NCBI RefSeq assembly: GCF_016432865.1 | Contig: NC_067402.1 | Location: forward strand, 71,734,001-71,798,000 | Reading direction: 5' to 3' | DNA: 64,000 bases | From: Antechinus flavipes | Lineage: Eukaryota | Shown here: in pieces, positions 22,771 to 34,510 of the stretch | Position numbering within the stretch: the stretch's first letter is position 1 | How the letters are laid out: each line of letters starts with the position of its first letter | Program-made: the position numbers and the translations under genes | Notes under the pieces: generated by a model | What the model saw: the letters and a program-made list of their open reading frames with translations, nothing else | Databases searched by the model: none | Told to the model about the DNA's origin: nothing

Positions 22771-25444
22771 GGGATTAATTTTAGATTCTGGATTCATCCT
22801 TCAATTCACTGTATCTCTCCTCTAACCTGTATTCCTTTCCTTCTTGCCCAATGACTGATTTTTTTTTAACTTTGTCTTTTTTGTTTGCCTTTTCACTCAC
22901 ACAGTCAATGTTTATTCCAGAGAGGACATTTTGGCCTCATTCAGTTTCTCTTTTGCTCCTGCAGTATTGTCCTAGGATAGATTTCCTGCTTCTATTTTTT
23001 AATAGAAAATTTCTTTTGCACAAAATGACCTTGCTTCCAACCTGTCCTAGAAACCCAGGATTTTAGGGGATGTATTAGATGTTGCCTGCTTTTTGTTGGA
23101 CATAAGTATATCTTTCTACTATTTGTCTATCTGCATTTCACAAATCATATATATGTACACACACACACACATACACACACACATATGTACATATATACAT
23201 TTATTGCATTTCTCAAATCATCATCCTCCAACTTCCTTTGTTGTAGATGTCTGGACGATGTACTCATTACAGAATATAAGCTCCATGAAGACTGGAAATT
23301 CAATTTAGTAAATGATGACTATATTTTTAAATATACTGGAATTATGTATAGGCTAAGTAATTTTTATAAAACTGGCTACTGTATCTGCCACCATGCTCTT
23401 AGTTTTTGCATAGATAGGAACATATAATTAAAATATAATGATTATTTTCCAAAGCAAAGTAGAGGAGATAGAAAAGGATGAAGGGAAGAAATAAGAAGGG
23501 AAATAAGAAAGGAAATGAACTGTTATTGTCTTTGCTTCCAGACCATCAAATGGGTCTGGGGAAAGGATTTTGAAAAAAATTAGTTTATTTGTGCTCATAT
23601 ACATATATTTTTGCGGCTTCCTTTTACTCTGCATTGGAAATGAAAAAGTACAACCAGAATTCATGTGGAAAGCTGAGGCTTTTGCTGAGGTCAGAACCAT
23701 AGAGATTTTCCATTTAGACATGCAAATCAACATCAGGAGCTTCACTCACAGGAGCAAGTTTCCCAACTAGGGAGTCAGGGATATTTTGGAAACAATACAT
23801 GACGTGCAGTCAGGGTGCAGAGAGAGATCAGCCAAGATTTTCTTATTCCTAGGGAGGATCCCCTTGTTTTGGATTCATTTTCAGACAATTCTTAAAATCT
23901 GCCCCTTATATGAGTATGGATTTTGCCCATAAGTATGTTGCTCCCTTCATATTGGGTGAGATCCTCATTTAAAGAAACATTTCTCACTGTGGAAAGAATG
24001 CAAGGGCATGTTAGTTGTTGTTATCTTAAGACCAGATAATCCTTCTGGAAGACTCTATGGGTATTTTCCCCATAGGGACCTAATTTATTTTTGTATTTAC
24101 AGGGAGCTCATGAGAGTCTCGTGCTCCTAGCATCCCTTAATTAAATTCCCAAACCCATTCCTAGGGTACCTTTTTACTCTGTAGGAGTGGCAAGTGTGCA
24201 GGGAGGTGAGTTGGCAGCATACTGTGGGGTCTTTCCTATGATCTTATTTTTCTTCCTTGATCCCCTTCTCCTCTCTACCCCTCCCCTAATATATGCTGGT
24301 TTCCACATACAGCAACCTAGCCTGGAGAGTACAGCCAGGAGCCCAGAAACTTAGCGTATACTCAGTCAGTGTAAGCAAAGATATAGAAGATTTGCTGAAC
24401 AGACTGTGGTAGTCCAAAGTGGAAATGAGCAGTATAGAGGTGCCCTCATCCCATTACTGGAAATCAAACATAAGAACTGCTGGGAAGAGAGTCATGAAAT
24501 TCAGTCTTGGAGTATTACAGCTACTTAGTAATTCAGCTATAGAATCTTGTTCCCATTGATAGTATAGCATTGGACACACACACATACACACACACATGCA
24601 GAGAAAGCCTTTTCTTTGATTTTAATTTCTTGAGGGACATCCATGTTGTTTAATATGTGATCTTTGTGTTAGATATTCTCTTGTGACCCAAATGGTTTCA
24701 CATATATGTTGGGAAAGTTTCTCATTCACTTGACTTTTAATCGATTCTCAGGAAATTTGGAAAATGTTATGCATCCTACCCCATGGCATATGAGACCAGC
24801 TCTTCATCTGCAAACTCATAGTTCATCATGTTTTAGTGGGATGATTTGAGGGACCTTTGATTTTATGAACAAGAGAACTTCTCATTGAGATGGCAGTGTA
24901 CCTTGTTAGTCATCACCATTAAGACAGACGCCAAGGCCTGGGGAACCAATCAGGAAAGTGTTATTCCAGCAATACACATGCCAGCCAGCAATTAACCAAA
25001 CACACTTTTAGCTCAATGAAAAGTGACCAGTTTCATAAATCACAGTCATCTCTTCTATACTGGGACAGAGGAATGTTTTATTAAAAGAGAGGATAGTAAG
25101 AAGTAAATAGAAATTCTGGAGAGGTACTCAATAATTTCAAAGCATTATGTAAATCTCCAGAGTAACTTCTAATCAATGACTTCAGAATTTATTAAGCTTT
25201 CTTAATTGTCAGGCTAGGCTGGGAATACAAGGACAAAGATAAAATAGTTCTTGCCAGCAAGGAAGTTACATTCTAACAGGAAAGACAGGAAGGACTATAT
25301 ATAATATATAATGCTATAATATAGAATAAAAATGAAAATATAAACATGGTCATTAAATATCAAAGTTATAATTAGTTGGCTTAACTCAGTCTCTTATTAG
25401 TTTTGATCTATTATTGAATGAGACACTCAGAGGTCATTCAATAG

Positions 25445-25720
25445 TTAACAAAAAAGTTAACTTGGTTTTAACCTAGCAAGTCTACAGCACTTGGCTCCAT
25501 CTGGAAAAACTTTTGGCTACTAGGGCAGGGTGTGGTGACTCTTCAGGCTTAGAGACTAGTCTGAATGGCCCAGACTCCATTTGGGTGGGCCTTTTAAAAT
25601 CCCCTTAGGTGACCAGAAAGCCAAATCAGTGTGGCCTGAGGTCACCAGGAAGCTATATTAAAAGTAAAGAGGGCTTGATTCTTCTGGACTAATCAAGTCT
25701 CTGGGACAATTTTCTTCTCT
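25445..25720. mobile_element. Possible degraded LTR
   Basis: GC-richer block with ccaaatcag and TATA-like tatattaaaag; termini not found. Confidence 0.25.
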
Positions 25721-26095
25721 TTTAGAAAAAGATAGAATCTGATCCACAAAGTGGTGAAGAGGGCAGGGGGAACTTTGACCTAATGTAGTAGTCAAATAGC
25801 CAGCACTAATTATGAAAATTCTTCTTGAACCCACACTTTCTGACAAGTCCTCTTTTGACTTGCTGCTTCTATTACTTGAAAGATAAGGGTATCATGTATC
25901 TGTCTATGTCTTTCTACCTCTTTTTTCTGCTTTGCTTTAAAATATAAATAGCATAGAGCTGAAATCACTAGTTGTTCAAGTTGTCCAATAAGGGCCTCTA
26001 TAGGATTCCTCTACATATTGGTTTTGGTTTTCCCTTCCCGCAATAAAAAAGAGGAGAAAAAAAAAAAAAAACAAACCTTGAATCCTGTTTTTTTT

Positions 26096-26126
<31 letters not shown>

Positions 26127-26334
26127 GTTTATTTTGTTGACATTGTTATAACTCTTTTCTCAAAGATTTTTCTTCTCTTCCTTGTTCTATCTTGGGCTTG
26201 TTACCTTCATTTACCATATATATAACTTGCTCAGATATATATTATTTTCCTTAGTTATACAAATATGTGAGTGTCCCAGTGTTAACTGTATATTTGGAAG
26301 TATTTTTTCCTTCTGATTCTGCATATCATATTTT

Positions 26335-26590
26335 AAGAGCTCTTGTTCAACCGTGTGTCGACTCTCCATAACTCCATAGTCTTGTTTGAGGTATTTCCTT
26401 GGCAAAGGTACTGAATTGACTTGCCATTTCCTTCATCATTGTGTCCCCATTTTACAGATGAGAAACTGAGGCATATGGGGAGTAAGTGCCTTACTGCTGA
26501 TCATATAGACAGAAAGTATCTGAGACTGGATTTGAATTTAGATGTTGACTCCAGGTCAGTACTCTATCTTCTGCATCATCTAGCTTCCCC
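26335..26590 (-). mobile_element. MAR1-type SINE
   Basis: ttggcaaaggtactgaattgacttgccatttccttc; ttacagatgagaaactgaggca. Confidence 0.75.
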
Positions 26591-26757
26591 CTTCAAGAGG
26601 TTTTCAAGGTCTTAAATAGAAGACATTTTATTTGTTCACTCATGTGAAGAGTGAAAGTAGAGGTGGTGTGAAATAAAGTATTAGACTCTGAAACCTGAAA
26701 ACTTAGGTTCATAATCCTATCCCTGACACTTAACCAGCTATGTGACCCAAGTCAAAT

Positions 26758-27302
26758 TGGTGTGGTTTGAGTGGTCTCAATTCCTGGTGGTCAAGAGGTT
26801 AGTGGCAAGAGGAGAGTTGGTAAATATCCCCTTTAAATCGGCCACAGATATAGGAGTGAAAGAATTTCTGAATTATTAGTTGCAAAATGAAAATTTATTG
26901 TTGGATAGAAATCAGTTTACAAGGGACTGACTTCTATAGTGACAGAGCTCTATTAAGGAAATGGAGTTTTGGCACTGAGTGGGCAGAAGAGTCCTGGCAG
27001 TGGAGCACGCTACCTAGGGCCATCTGTAAAGACCTTAGTTGAGGGATACTGTTATATTGGGTATCTTGAGGGGGGCTGGGACAGTCTGAACTGATCAGAT
27101 CAGGATTCCTCAATTGAATGAGAATTTAGAATTTCTTTGGGAGTTGATTAGCCCCTGAATAGTATTGCTTCTCTTATACTGGAAGGATCGGGCTCTGTCT
27201 TGACTCCTTGGAGCCTGAGAGATGCTGATCTCTGAGATCAGAAAATGAGACACAGTCTGTAAGAGTGATAATCTTAAAGGGAACAGTTCCCCTCTTCCTT
27301 CA
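26758..27302 (-). mobile_element. Solo LTR (545 bp), probably ERV1-class
   Basis: TG...CA termini with 4-bp TSD aaat (26754-26757, 27303-27306); tttatt (antisense AATAAA) near 26894; truncates a MIR at 26665-26750. Confidence 0.7.
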
Positions 27303-28084
27303 AAATGACATAATCCAAGTTAACCCAATTAACTTCATCTAGTAGCCACTAATTACTACTTAATTCTACTTGAGTATTTGTGATTGTCAGAGCTCTAGTC
27401 TGCACAAAAAAGGAAACCCTTGAGGAATTTATATTATGTTGGAGATGAAGATGGAAGGAAGTAGGTAAGGAAGTAACTTACTGAGATTAGGGTAGATCAA
27501 ATCTTTCTATCATATACTTTTAAATTACATATGACCATACCAAATAGTATAGATTTTATACTGCATTTATATATCTTAAACAACATTTCTCTACATCCAT
27601 CTTGTATTAAGGTATATCATAAAAATTACAAGAATATATAAATGATGCTGTGAAATGTAAACCTTATCAATTTAGTGAAAAGGAACAATACAACTTAATC
27701 TGTTCTACTCTTAAATATTGAGGCTCCTTTTCCTTTGGGCCACTTTGTATTAAGGAATAGTTTACACAAAGAGACTGCCTCCTATTTCCTTCATTATATA
27801 ACATACATAGATGGGCATATACATATAGTAGTTTCTCCATTATACTTTATGGTTTTAACATTTCTCCTATGGAGAATGTAAACATATGTCTATATTCATA
27901 ATTTAGTGATTTCTCTTCTTGCAGAATGCAATAAACCTGACTATATGAGGTCGTGATATGAATTTCTTTCTACAGAATATAAAATACTTCCCTTCCCATT
28001 GGTTTAGCAGGCACATGATAAGTACTTGATAACATTTGTTGACCTGCCTTTTTCTAGAATATATCTAAAATTATAGATATCTTG

Positions 28085-28320
28085 GCATAGTAAGGAGGAA
28101 AACTTGATTTCAAGTCAGGAAAGACTTGAATTGGAATGCCACTTCTGATGTCAACTTAGGTATCCATGTCTCAACTTCTCAGAGTTTCAGTTTCTTCATC
28201 TGTAATATGGGGATATTCCTATCTCCTCCTAGAGCTTAGAGGGTCAATTGACATAATAATTGCAAAGTGCTTTGCAAACCCAAAAAGTGTTATCCAGATG
28301 CTAGCTATCATTATTGTATA
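28085..28320 (+). mobile_element. MIR
   Basis: aagtcaggaaagacttgaatt...tcagtttcttcatctgtaatatgggg...gcaaagtgctttgcaaacc. Confidence 0.7.
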
Positions 28321-28659
28321 TTTTAAATACCTCTATACATTTCCAAGGTAGCAGAAAAATGGGAAACATGTCTTATAAATCTCCAATATGATTACTTTTC
28401 ATTTTAACTTTGAAAAATGTGGCCAACCAAATCTTAAATGACACCTCATAAAGATTTTCTGCCTTGACAAAAAAAAAAAGTGTTATGTAGATAAATAAAC
28501 AGATTATTTTAGAATTCCTTATGGATAAGGAAACTGAGACTATCAGGAGGAAAGTGACTTCCTGCATGTTCAGAAAGGCTTTGGGACCAGGTGAACCTTT
28601 AGGATAACCAAAAGAAGAGAAACCAAAAAAAGCCCCATCCCACCCTTAAGCTACATGTA

Positions 28660-29120
28660 GTTAGTTTTGATTCTGTGCTTCCATTTTATAATGCGGTCGG
28701 GACATCAGGTTATCATGACCATGCCAGCAGGAGAGTTTGTCGAATGAGCTCATGTATAAATAACAGCTCCAACACACGGTGAACGTTTACGAGCCTCATT
28801 ATGTATCAGCTATTGTTTAATGGGTAGTCCCCACTTGGGCAGTGAAATCCTGCTGATTTACTACTTAACAGGAATAAATTACAGTTTAGAACTTGGATTT
28901 TTCATGGTTTTCTTTTTGTCAGCATAAATAAACTTAACTAATAGGGCTATTTCCCACTGCCTATTAAACTAGTTGCTAGCAAAAGGCTTCCTGGCTTGTA
29001 AAAGGATATCAGCAAGATGAGAGAATCAAGTCCTTTTTTACCTGGATGTGTTTATAATGTCGGGGGCTTTAGCGAATGGATGTCAGATGCTGCAAGTTAT
29101 TAGCGTTTTCTAACACTTAC
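28660..29120. promoter_or_regulatory. Non-repetitive CpG-retaining block, candidate conserved enhancer
   Basis: 6 CpG in 28694-28791 and 3 in 29061-29105; gtataaataac and tattgttt motifs; no ORF. Confidence 0.4.
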
Positions 29121-31079
29121 TTTTCATTCACATCTTTTATTCTCCATTTGTGAAATAATGTTATTATTGCAATTGCTATTAGTACAGTAGAATGGGAAAG
29201 AGTAATGAAGGGATTTCATTGACCAGAGACCCATTCCACTTAGCAATCCCATTACTCTTCAGGTATATGGACCTCAAAGTAGAATCTGTATTGTTGATTT
29301 TTCAAACTTTAAAGAAAGACATCCATAATTTTGCAACAAAACTAATAGCTAAACTGGAATGTAATTTTTAGGACTTCTTGGCTCAGTTCCCCACATTTCA
29401 TTTGCAGCAACAGCTTTTTGGTATTAGTTAACATTCAAGGAATAGTTTCAAGTTTTTACAACTGCAAAAGGGTCATTATTTTTATCAGTGTGCTGGAGGT
29501 TATTTTGAGTTTGACTATGGAGGGCTCAATTCAATAAAAACTCAGCCTGAATTCCACAGCAGGATGCTTGAGCCATGGAAATTCAATGGGGGAGCGAGCA
29601 TGGGCTTCTGTGATACTGAACCAGGACTGAATTTTTATTTAATCATTCTCAAGAAATCAAAAGACAGTTTGGGATTAAATGGCAAATCTTTTAACTAGGA
29701 GTTCCTCAGCCAAGCCGGCCAATTAGCATTCACACAGAAGAACTCTGTTATGTAAGAGTGCCTGGATAAAATGAAGAAAATAAAATAAAATCTCCTTATA
29801 TTAGTAAAAAGGTAACTCAGAGATAGAGTTGTCATGAAATAATCACTCTCTCCTGAAAAGGGAAAGATAGGTACTTCCCCCTATCCCCAATAAACCAGAA
29901 AAGGCTCTCTGTATCTTGGCCTGTTCTCATGCCTTTTGGTTTAATTGGGAATATTAGCACAAGTAAATGACACTTGACGTAACCCTCTAATTATACCTTT
30001 TGTTACATTCAGTTTTGTGAATGATTCAACAGCCCTGTTTTCATGTCCTTCCAGTTTGGATTTTTTTTTTTTTTTTGCCTTCTTTACTTACTTGAAAATA
30101 GTGACACCTTAACAAAAAAAAAAATGAATTATGTATCAGTGTGGCCCAGGTTCATATTATGTATTCATAAAACCTTTGGCCTATTGAAATTTCTTTCCCT
30201 AGCTTCAAGTGTGTACCTTAGGGGTTTAGAGGCCAAAATGGAACAGGAGTTGGCTTAGAAAAAACACATATTTCTGGCAAGACAGAACACGAAGGAAAAG
30301 CTTAAAACCTTCCAGAAATATAGCTGAAAAGGGCTCTCAAGCAATTGTTTACCCTTTTCCCTCCTAGAACACCACTCACTCTTTGGACTTAACTCTTACC
30401 AAAATTGTTAATGATATGTAAATGTCAAATGTTGGTTCTCAACCAATGAGTACTTCATTATTATTGTATAACTTTCCCTAATTTTTTTTTCTTTTTTTAA
30501 AAAAAGATTTTTTAAAGTAAAATTGGGAAAGGGTTTAAGAATCATTTTCTCTGCTGAACTTTTCCATAAGTTACTTCTGCGCCATCATCAATCCCTCACA
30601 CCATAACCATGGAGGATTTGGCATCTTGCCTTGTCCCTCTCTCTGGGCCTCAGGCAGGACTGATGGTGGAATAGAGGTACACTGGGTTTTGTTCTCCAGC
30701 TGAGTCTGAATCATGGAGCTTGGCTAAATTAGACAAAGGAAAAGGCTGCTCCTTCTGCTTTTACATTTCTGGCATAGCTGTCATATCTCTTTCAGTGTCA
30801 AAAAGTCTCCTTCTACAGGTAATCTAAGTAGCTGTCCATGTTGTCTGAATGTAGTATACTGAATATGGTCTGTGTCCTCAGAAAACCTTCCCCAAAGCGA
30901 AAGCAACAATTAGTTAATAATATTTTGCATTGTTGTAATTTAAAAGTTTTTTTAAGCGCTTTCCTTGATAACAATTCTCTGAGGCAGATAGTACAAGCAA
31001 TGATACCCCTGATTTACAAATGAGGGAACTAAGGCTTATGGAAGTTGGTACTTAGCTGGAAATTTCCCACTTCTGCTCT

Positions 31080-31790
31080 ATTACTTTATTGTTGTTCAAC
31101 TGTGTCTGACTTCAAGACTCATTTGGGGTTTCCTTGACAAAGGTACTAGAGTCATTTGTCACTTCTTTACTCAGATAATTTTACAGGTGAGGCAAAAAGG
31201 GTTAAATGACTTGCCCTGCGAGACTTACATGAACTGATGCTGAGTGAAATGAGCAGAACCAGGAGATCATTATATACCTCAACAATAATACTGTTTGAGG
31301 ATGTATTCTGATGGAAGTGGATCTCTTCGATAAAGAGAGCCTTAATTGATCAAAGATGGACAGAAGCAGCTACACCCAGAGAAAGAACACTGGGAAATGA
31401 ATATAAACTGCTTGCATTTTTGTTTTTCTTCCCGGGTTATTTATACCTTCTGAATTCAATTCTCCCTATGCAACAAGAAAACTGTTCGGTTCTGCACACA
31501 TATATTGTATCTAGGATATGCTGCAACCCATTCAACATGTAAAGGACTGCTTGCCATCTGGGGGAAGGGGTGGAGGGAGTGAGGGGAAAAAATCGGAACA
31601 GAAGTGAATGCAAGGGATAATGCTGTAAAAAATTACCCTGGCATGCGTTCTATCAATAAAAAGTTATTTAAAAAAATGACTTGCCCTGGGTCACACAGCT
31701 AGTAAGTATTTGAGGTCAGATTTGAACTCAGGGAGAGGAGTCTTCCTGACTTCAGACTTGGCACTCTGTCCACTGTGTCACCTTTACCTC
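31080..31790 (-). mobile_element. MAR1-type SINE split by an L1 insertion
   Basis: left part ttgacaaaggtactagagtcatttgtcacttc...gtgaggcaaa; right part gggtcacacagctagtaagtatttgaggtcagatttgaactcagg. Confidence 0.8.
31219..31673 (+). mobile_element. Young 5'-truncated L1 (3' UTR only) with perfect 15-bp TSD
   Basis: gagacttacatgaactgatgctgagtgaaatgagcagaacc...caataaaaag; TSD aaatgacttgccctg at 31204-31218 and 31674-31688. Confidence 0.93.
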
Positions 31791-32434
31791 AGAGCATTGT
31801 TCCCTTCACAAAAGTACCATCAGGAGGTAACCCTTCAAACATCTCTTAGTCATCACTAATATAAAGTGAATTTCCTATGCTGAAATCAAGTTTTATTTCG
31901 GGGGAATAAGGTGAAAGAGTGCAAGGAAACATCTGCGTGGGTGTTGGGTTCCTATGCCAAGTTTTAGAGTGCTACAGACCAACCTTCTTTAGGACCAATC
32001 TAAAGAAGTCAGTGATAGGTAAATACCAAGCATAAATGAATATTTTTTTCCATCGCTATTCCCATTGGATGTACCTGTACTGATTGCAGTGGAATAAAAA
32101 GTTAAGCTAGGAGAAGTACCTATTTTTCCCTTCTCAGGGGAGAGTGATTATTTCATGGCATTTTCTGTATGTTGGCTCATTTTCATGAATTTTGGATTAA
32201 TCTCTTTCTGTGTGTCTCTGTCTTTTTCAATGTCACTCATAACATTTCCAAAATCCTAATATCTTAATTTTACATGCCAGAGATCTTCCCCTGTAACTTA
32301 TTTCTGCTCTCTTCTTTTTCCTTTTTCCAGATCCTAGGTGTACACATGCATTCTGTCTCTCTTTGTCTCTGTCCCTGTCTCCTTACTATGCCAAGATATC
32401 TATAATTTTAGATATATTCTAGAAAAAGGCAGGT

Positions 32435-32436
<2 letters not shown>

Positions 32437-32488
<52 letters not shown>
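32437..32488. repeat. (GA)n microsatellite
   Basis: direct. Confidence 0.98.
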
Positions 32489-32491
<3 letters not shown>

Positions 32492-33679
32492 TGGAGATGT
32501 CTCAGTGCCTTGCATATAATTGAGTACTTAATCTATGATAAACAAGTTCATGCCAAAACATTTATGACTTACTTTATTGCCCTCTGTGGGCAATAAAAAA
32601 AATTCATTTGAAAAGAGTATTACTGAGATAGCAAAACGTTAACCCAAAGGCATAAAACTCACTAATTGAGGTTGCTCTATTTGTGTGTGTTTATTTAAGT
32701 ACTACCATATAAGTCATTTCACATTATCCAGTGCTTAAATTTTAGGCCAGTTGTTGTTAAAAAAATTGGTTGTTAGCTCATTCTATATTCATAGGGTCAA
32801 ATTAAAGGAAAAAACCTATTGTTTTTCAGGCACTCCAAATTTTAGGGTGTGAAAAGACAGATTATCAGAATAATTTCTAGATATGTTATCACATGTAACC
32901 TATTGACATTCTTTCTTGTATCTCATAGGGCAATCAACAGGGAGTGTTTCTTCCAAAAGCTATCTTCCACAGCCCCAGTTCACTTTGAGTCCTTCTAAAA
33001 AAATAAAATTAAAAAATGTGGAAGAAGAAAGAGCTGGGAGAATAGAGCAATAGATGGCCAACATTTTGCAGGGTGTGTGTGTCAGGATCTACTTGGAAGG
33101 CTTCTTTCTCTTTCTTCAGCAGCTTTTCAGACTGTAATTTTCCACAGCTGCTAAAAACTGACTCAAACTCTCTTGCATGGTCACAGACATTATGGCTGCC
33201 AAAAGCAGGCCCAGTGGTAGCTAATGGAAGCTCAGCTAAGACAAACCTTCCACTTGTTCAGGTAGAGGAGTAGAATGCTAAGTATTTAGCTGAATGGGCA
33301 CATACCTGGAAGAGATTTATATGTTTTTAGAATGTGTCCTACTGTCTTTCCAGGATTTAGGAGGCTATCTTTAGAGAACTATCATCTCCACTCATCTGAT
33401 CAGAAGATGAAGAACTCAGTTATTATTTGTATGTCCCTTATCAGAAGAAAACAAAAACAAAGCAGATGTTTGCTCACTCTACTGAAAGGTCACACACAAA
33501 AGTAGACACACTTTGGTACTGACATTCATAGTGGAAATAGGTGCCCATGTGGATGATTTTTATTTGTTAGTTTGGATCTGTAATTTTATCAATGCAGGAA
33601 TATCCTAGGGTAGAAATTTGAACCCCTTAGAGAATGTTGCAAATCAATCATAAGTTGTCATTTTAGAGGGGAATGAGGA

Positions 33680-33830
33680 ATGAATTGATTTGTGTTGAAT
33701 GTCTTAGGATCCCAGAGTTAGAGCTAAAAGGGAGCTTAAGTTCATGTCCAACCACAAAAATGTAGCAAACATCAGTGGCTAATTTGAATCCAGGTCTTCT
33801 TATTTCAGAGTCAATGAGTTTTTACATAAT
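33680..33830 (-). mobile_element. MIR/MIR3 fragment
   Basis: cccagagttagagctaaaaggg...tttgaatccaggtcttc. Confidence 0.5.
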
Positions 33831-33923
33831 AAGCAAAATGTCAACCCAAGTTTTCCAGAATCCATTTTCCTATGTAAATATTTTATTTAATGTATGTATT
33901 AACTATATCCAGAATTTCCCATC

Positions 33924-33927
<4 letters not shown>

Positions 33928-33962
<35 letters not shown>
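33928..33962. repeat. (GT)n microsatellite
   Basis: direct. Confidence 0.98.
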
Positions 33963-33964
<2 letters not shown>

Positions 33965-34334
33965 CTTGCTATATCTTCATTAGAATGTAACATCCTTGAA
34001 ATCAGAGTAATTCTGTGTATATTCCAAATCTGTCACATGGTGGATACTTTGACTAGATTATCTTTTTTCATTTTATATCAGAAGGTGATCTCAATCATAA
34101 TGCAAATCTGACATTTGGATCTGGAAGATTGCTCAACTGACAATAGAAAAATGAAGAAGTTTGGGGGAGTAATATACCTGGAACCTGAGAGACTGACAAA
34201 AATAAGGGAATGTAGAATAAAAAAATAAACTTTTGAAAAATTGAGAAAACTGTATGATTTCTTGCGAGTTAGAGGGGTTTCACAGGAAATGAAACATTGA
34301 AAAAGTAAAGCAAGTACTCAAATTTAGAAAAAAA

Positions 34335-34510
34335 AAGTGTTCTACCTTTGATGTCAGAGGACTCAAGTTCAAATGCTGGCTCTGCTACTTATTATGAGGC
34401 AGATCTTGAACAAATTTCAACTTTTCTGAATTTCAGTTTCCTCATCTTTAAAATGGGTAAGTTAGATAATATACCCTTAAAAGTTTCCTCCATCTCAAAG
34501 CTATGATTGT
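34335..34510 (+). mobile_element. MIR/MIR3
   Basis: gtcagaggactcaagttcaaatgctggctctgctactta...tcagtttcctcatctttaaaatggg. Confidence 0.7.

Noticed and set aside
23428-23770. Overlapping 105-aa and 66-aa ORFs
   Set aside because: No splice context or family resemblance; composition fits non-coding DNA.
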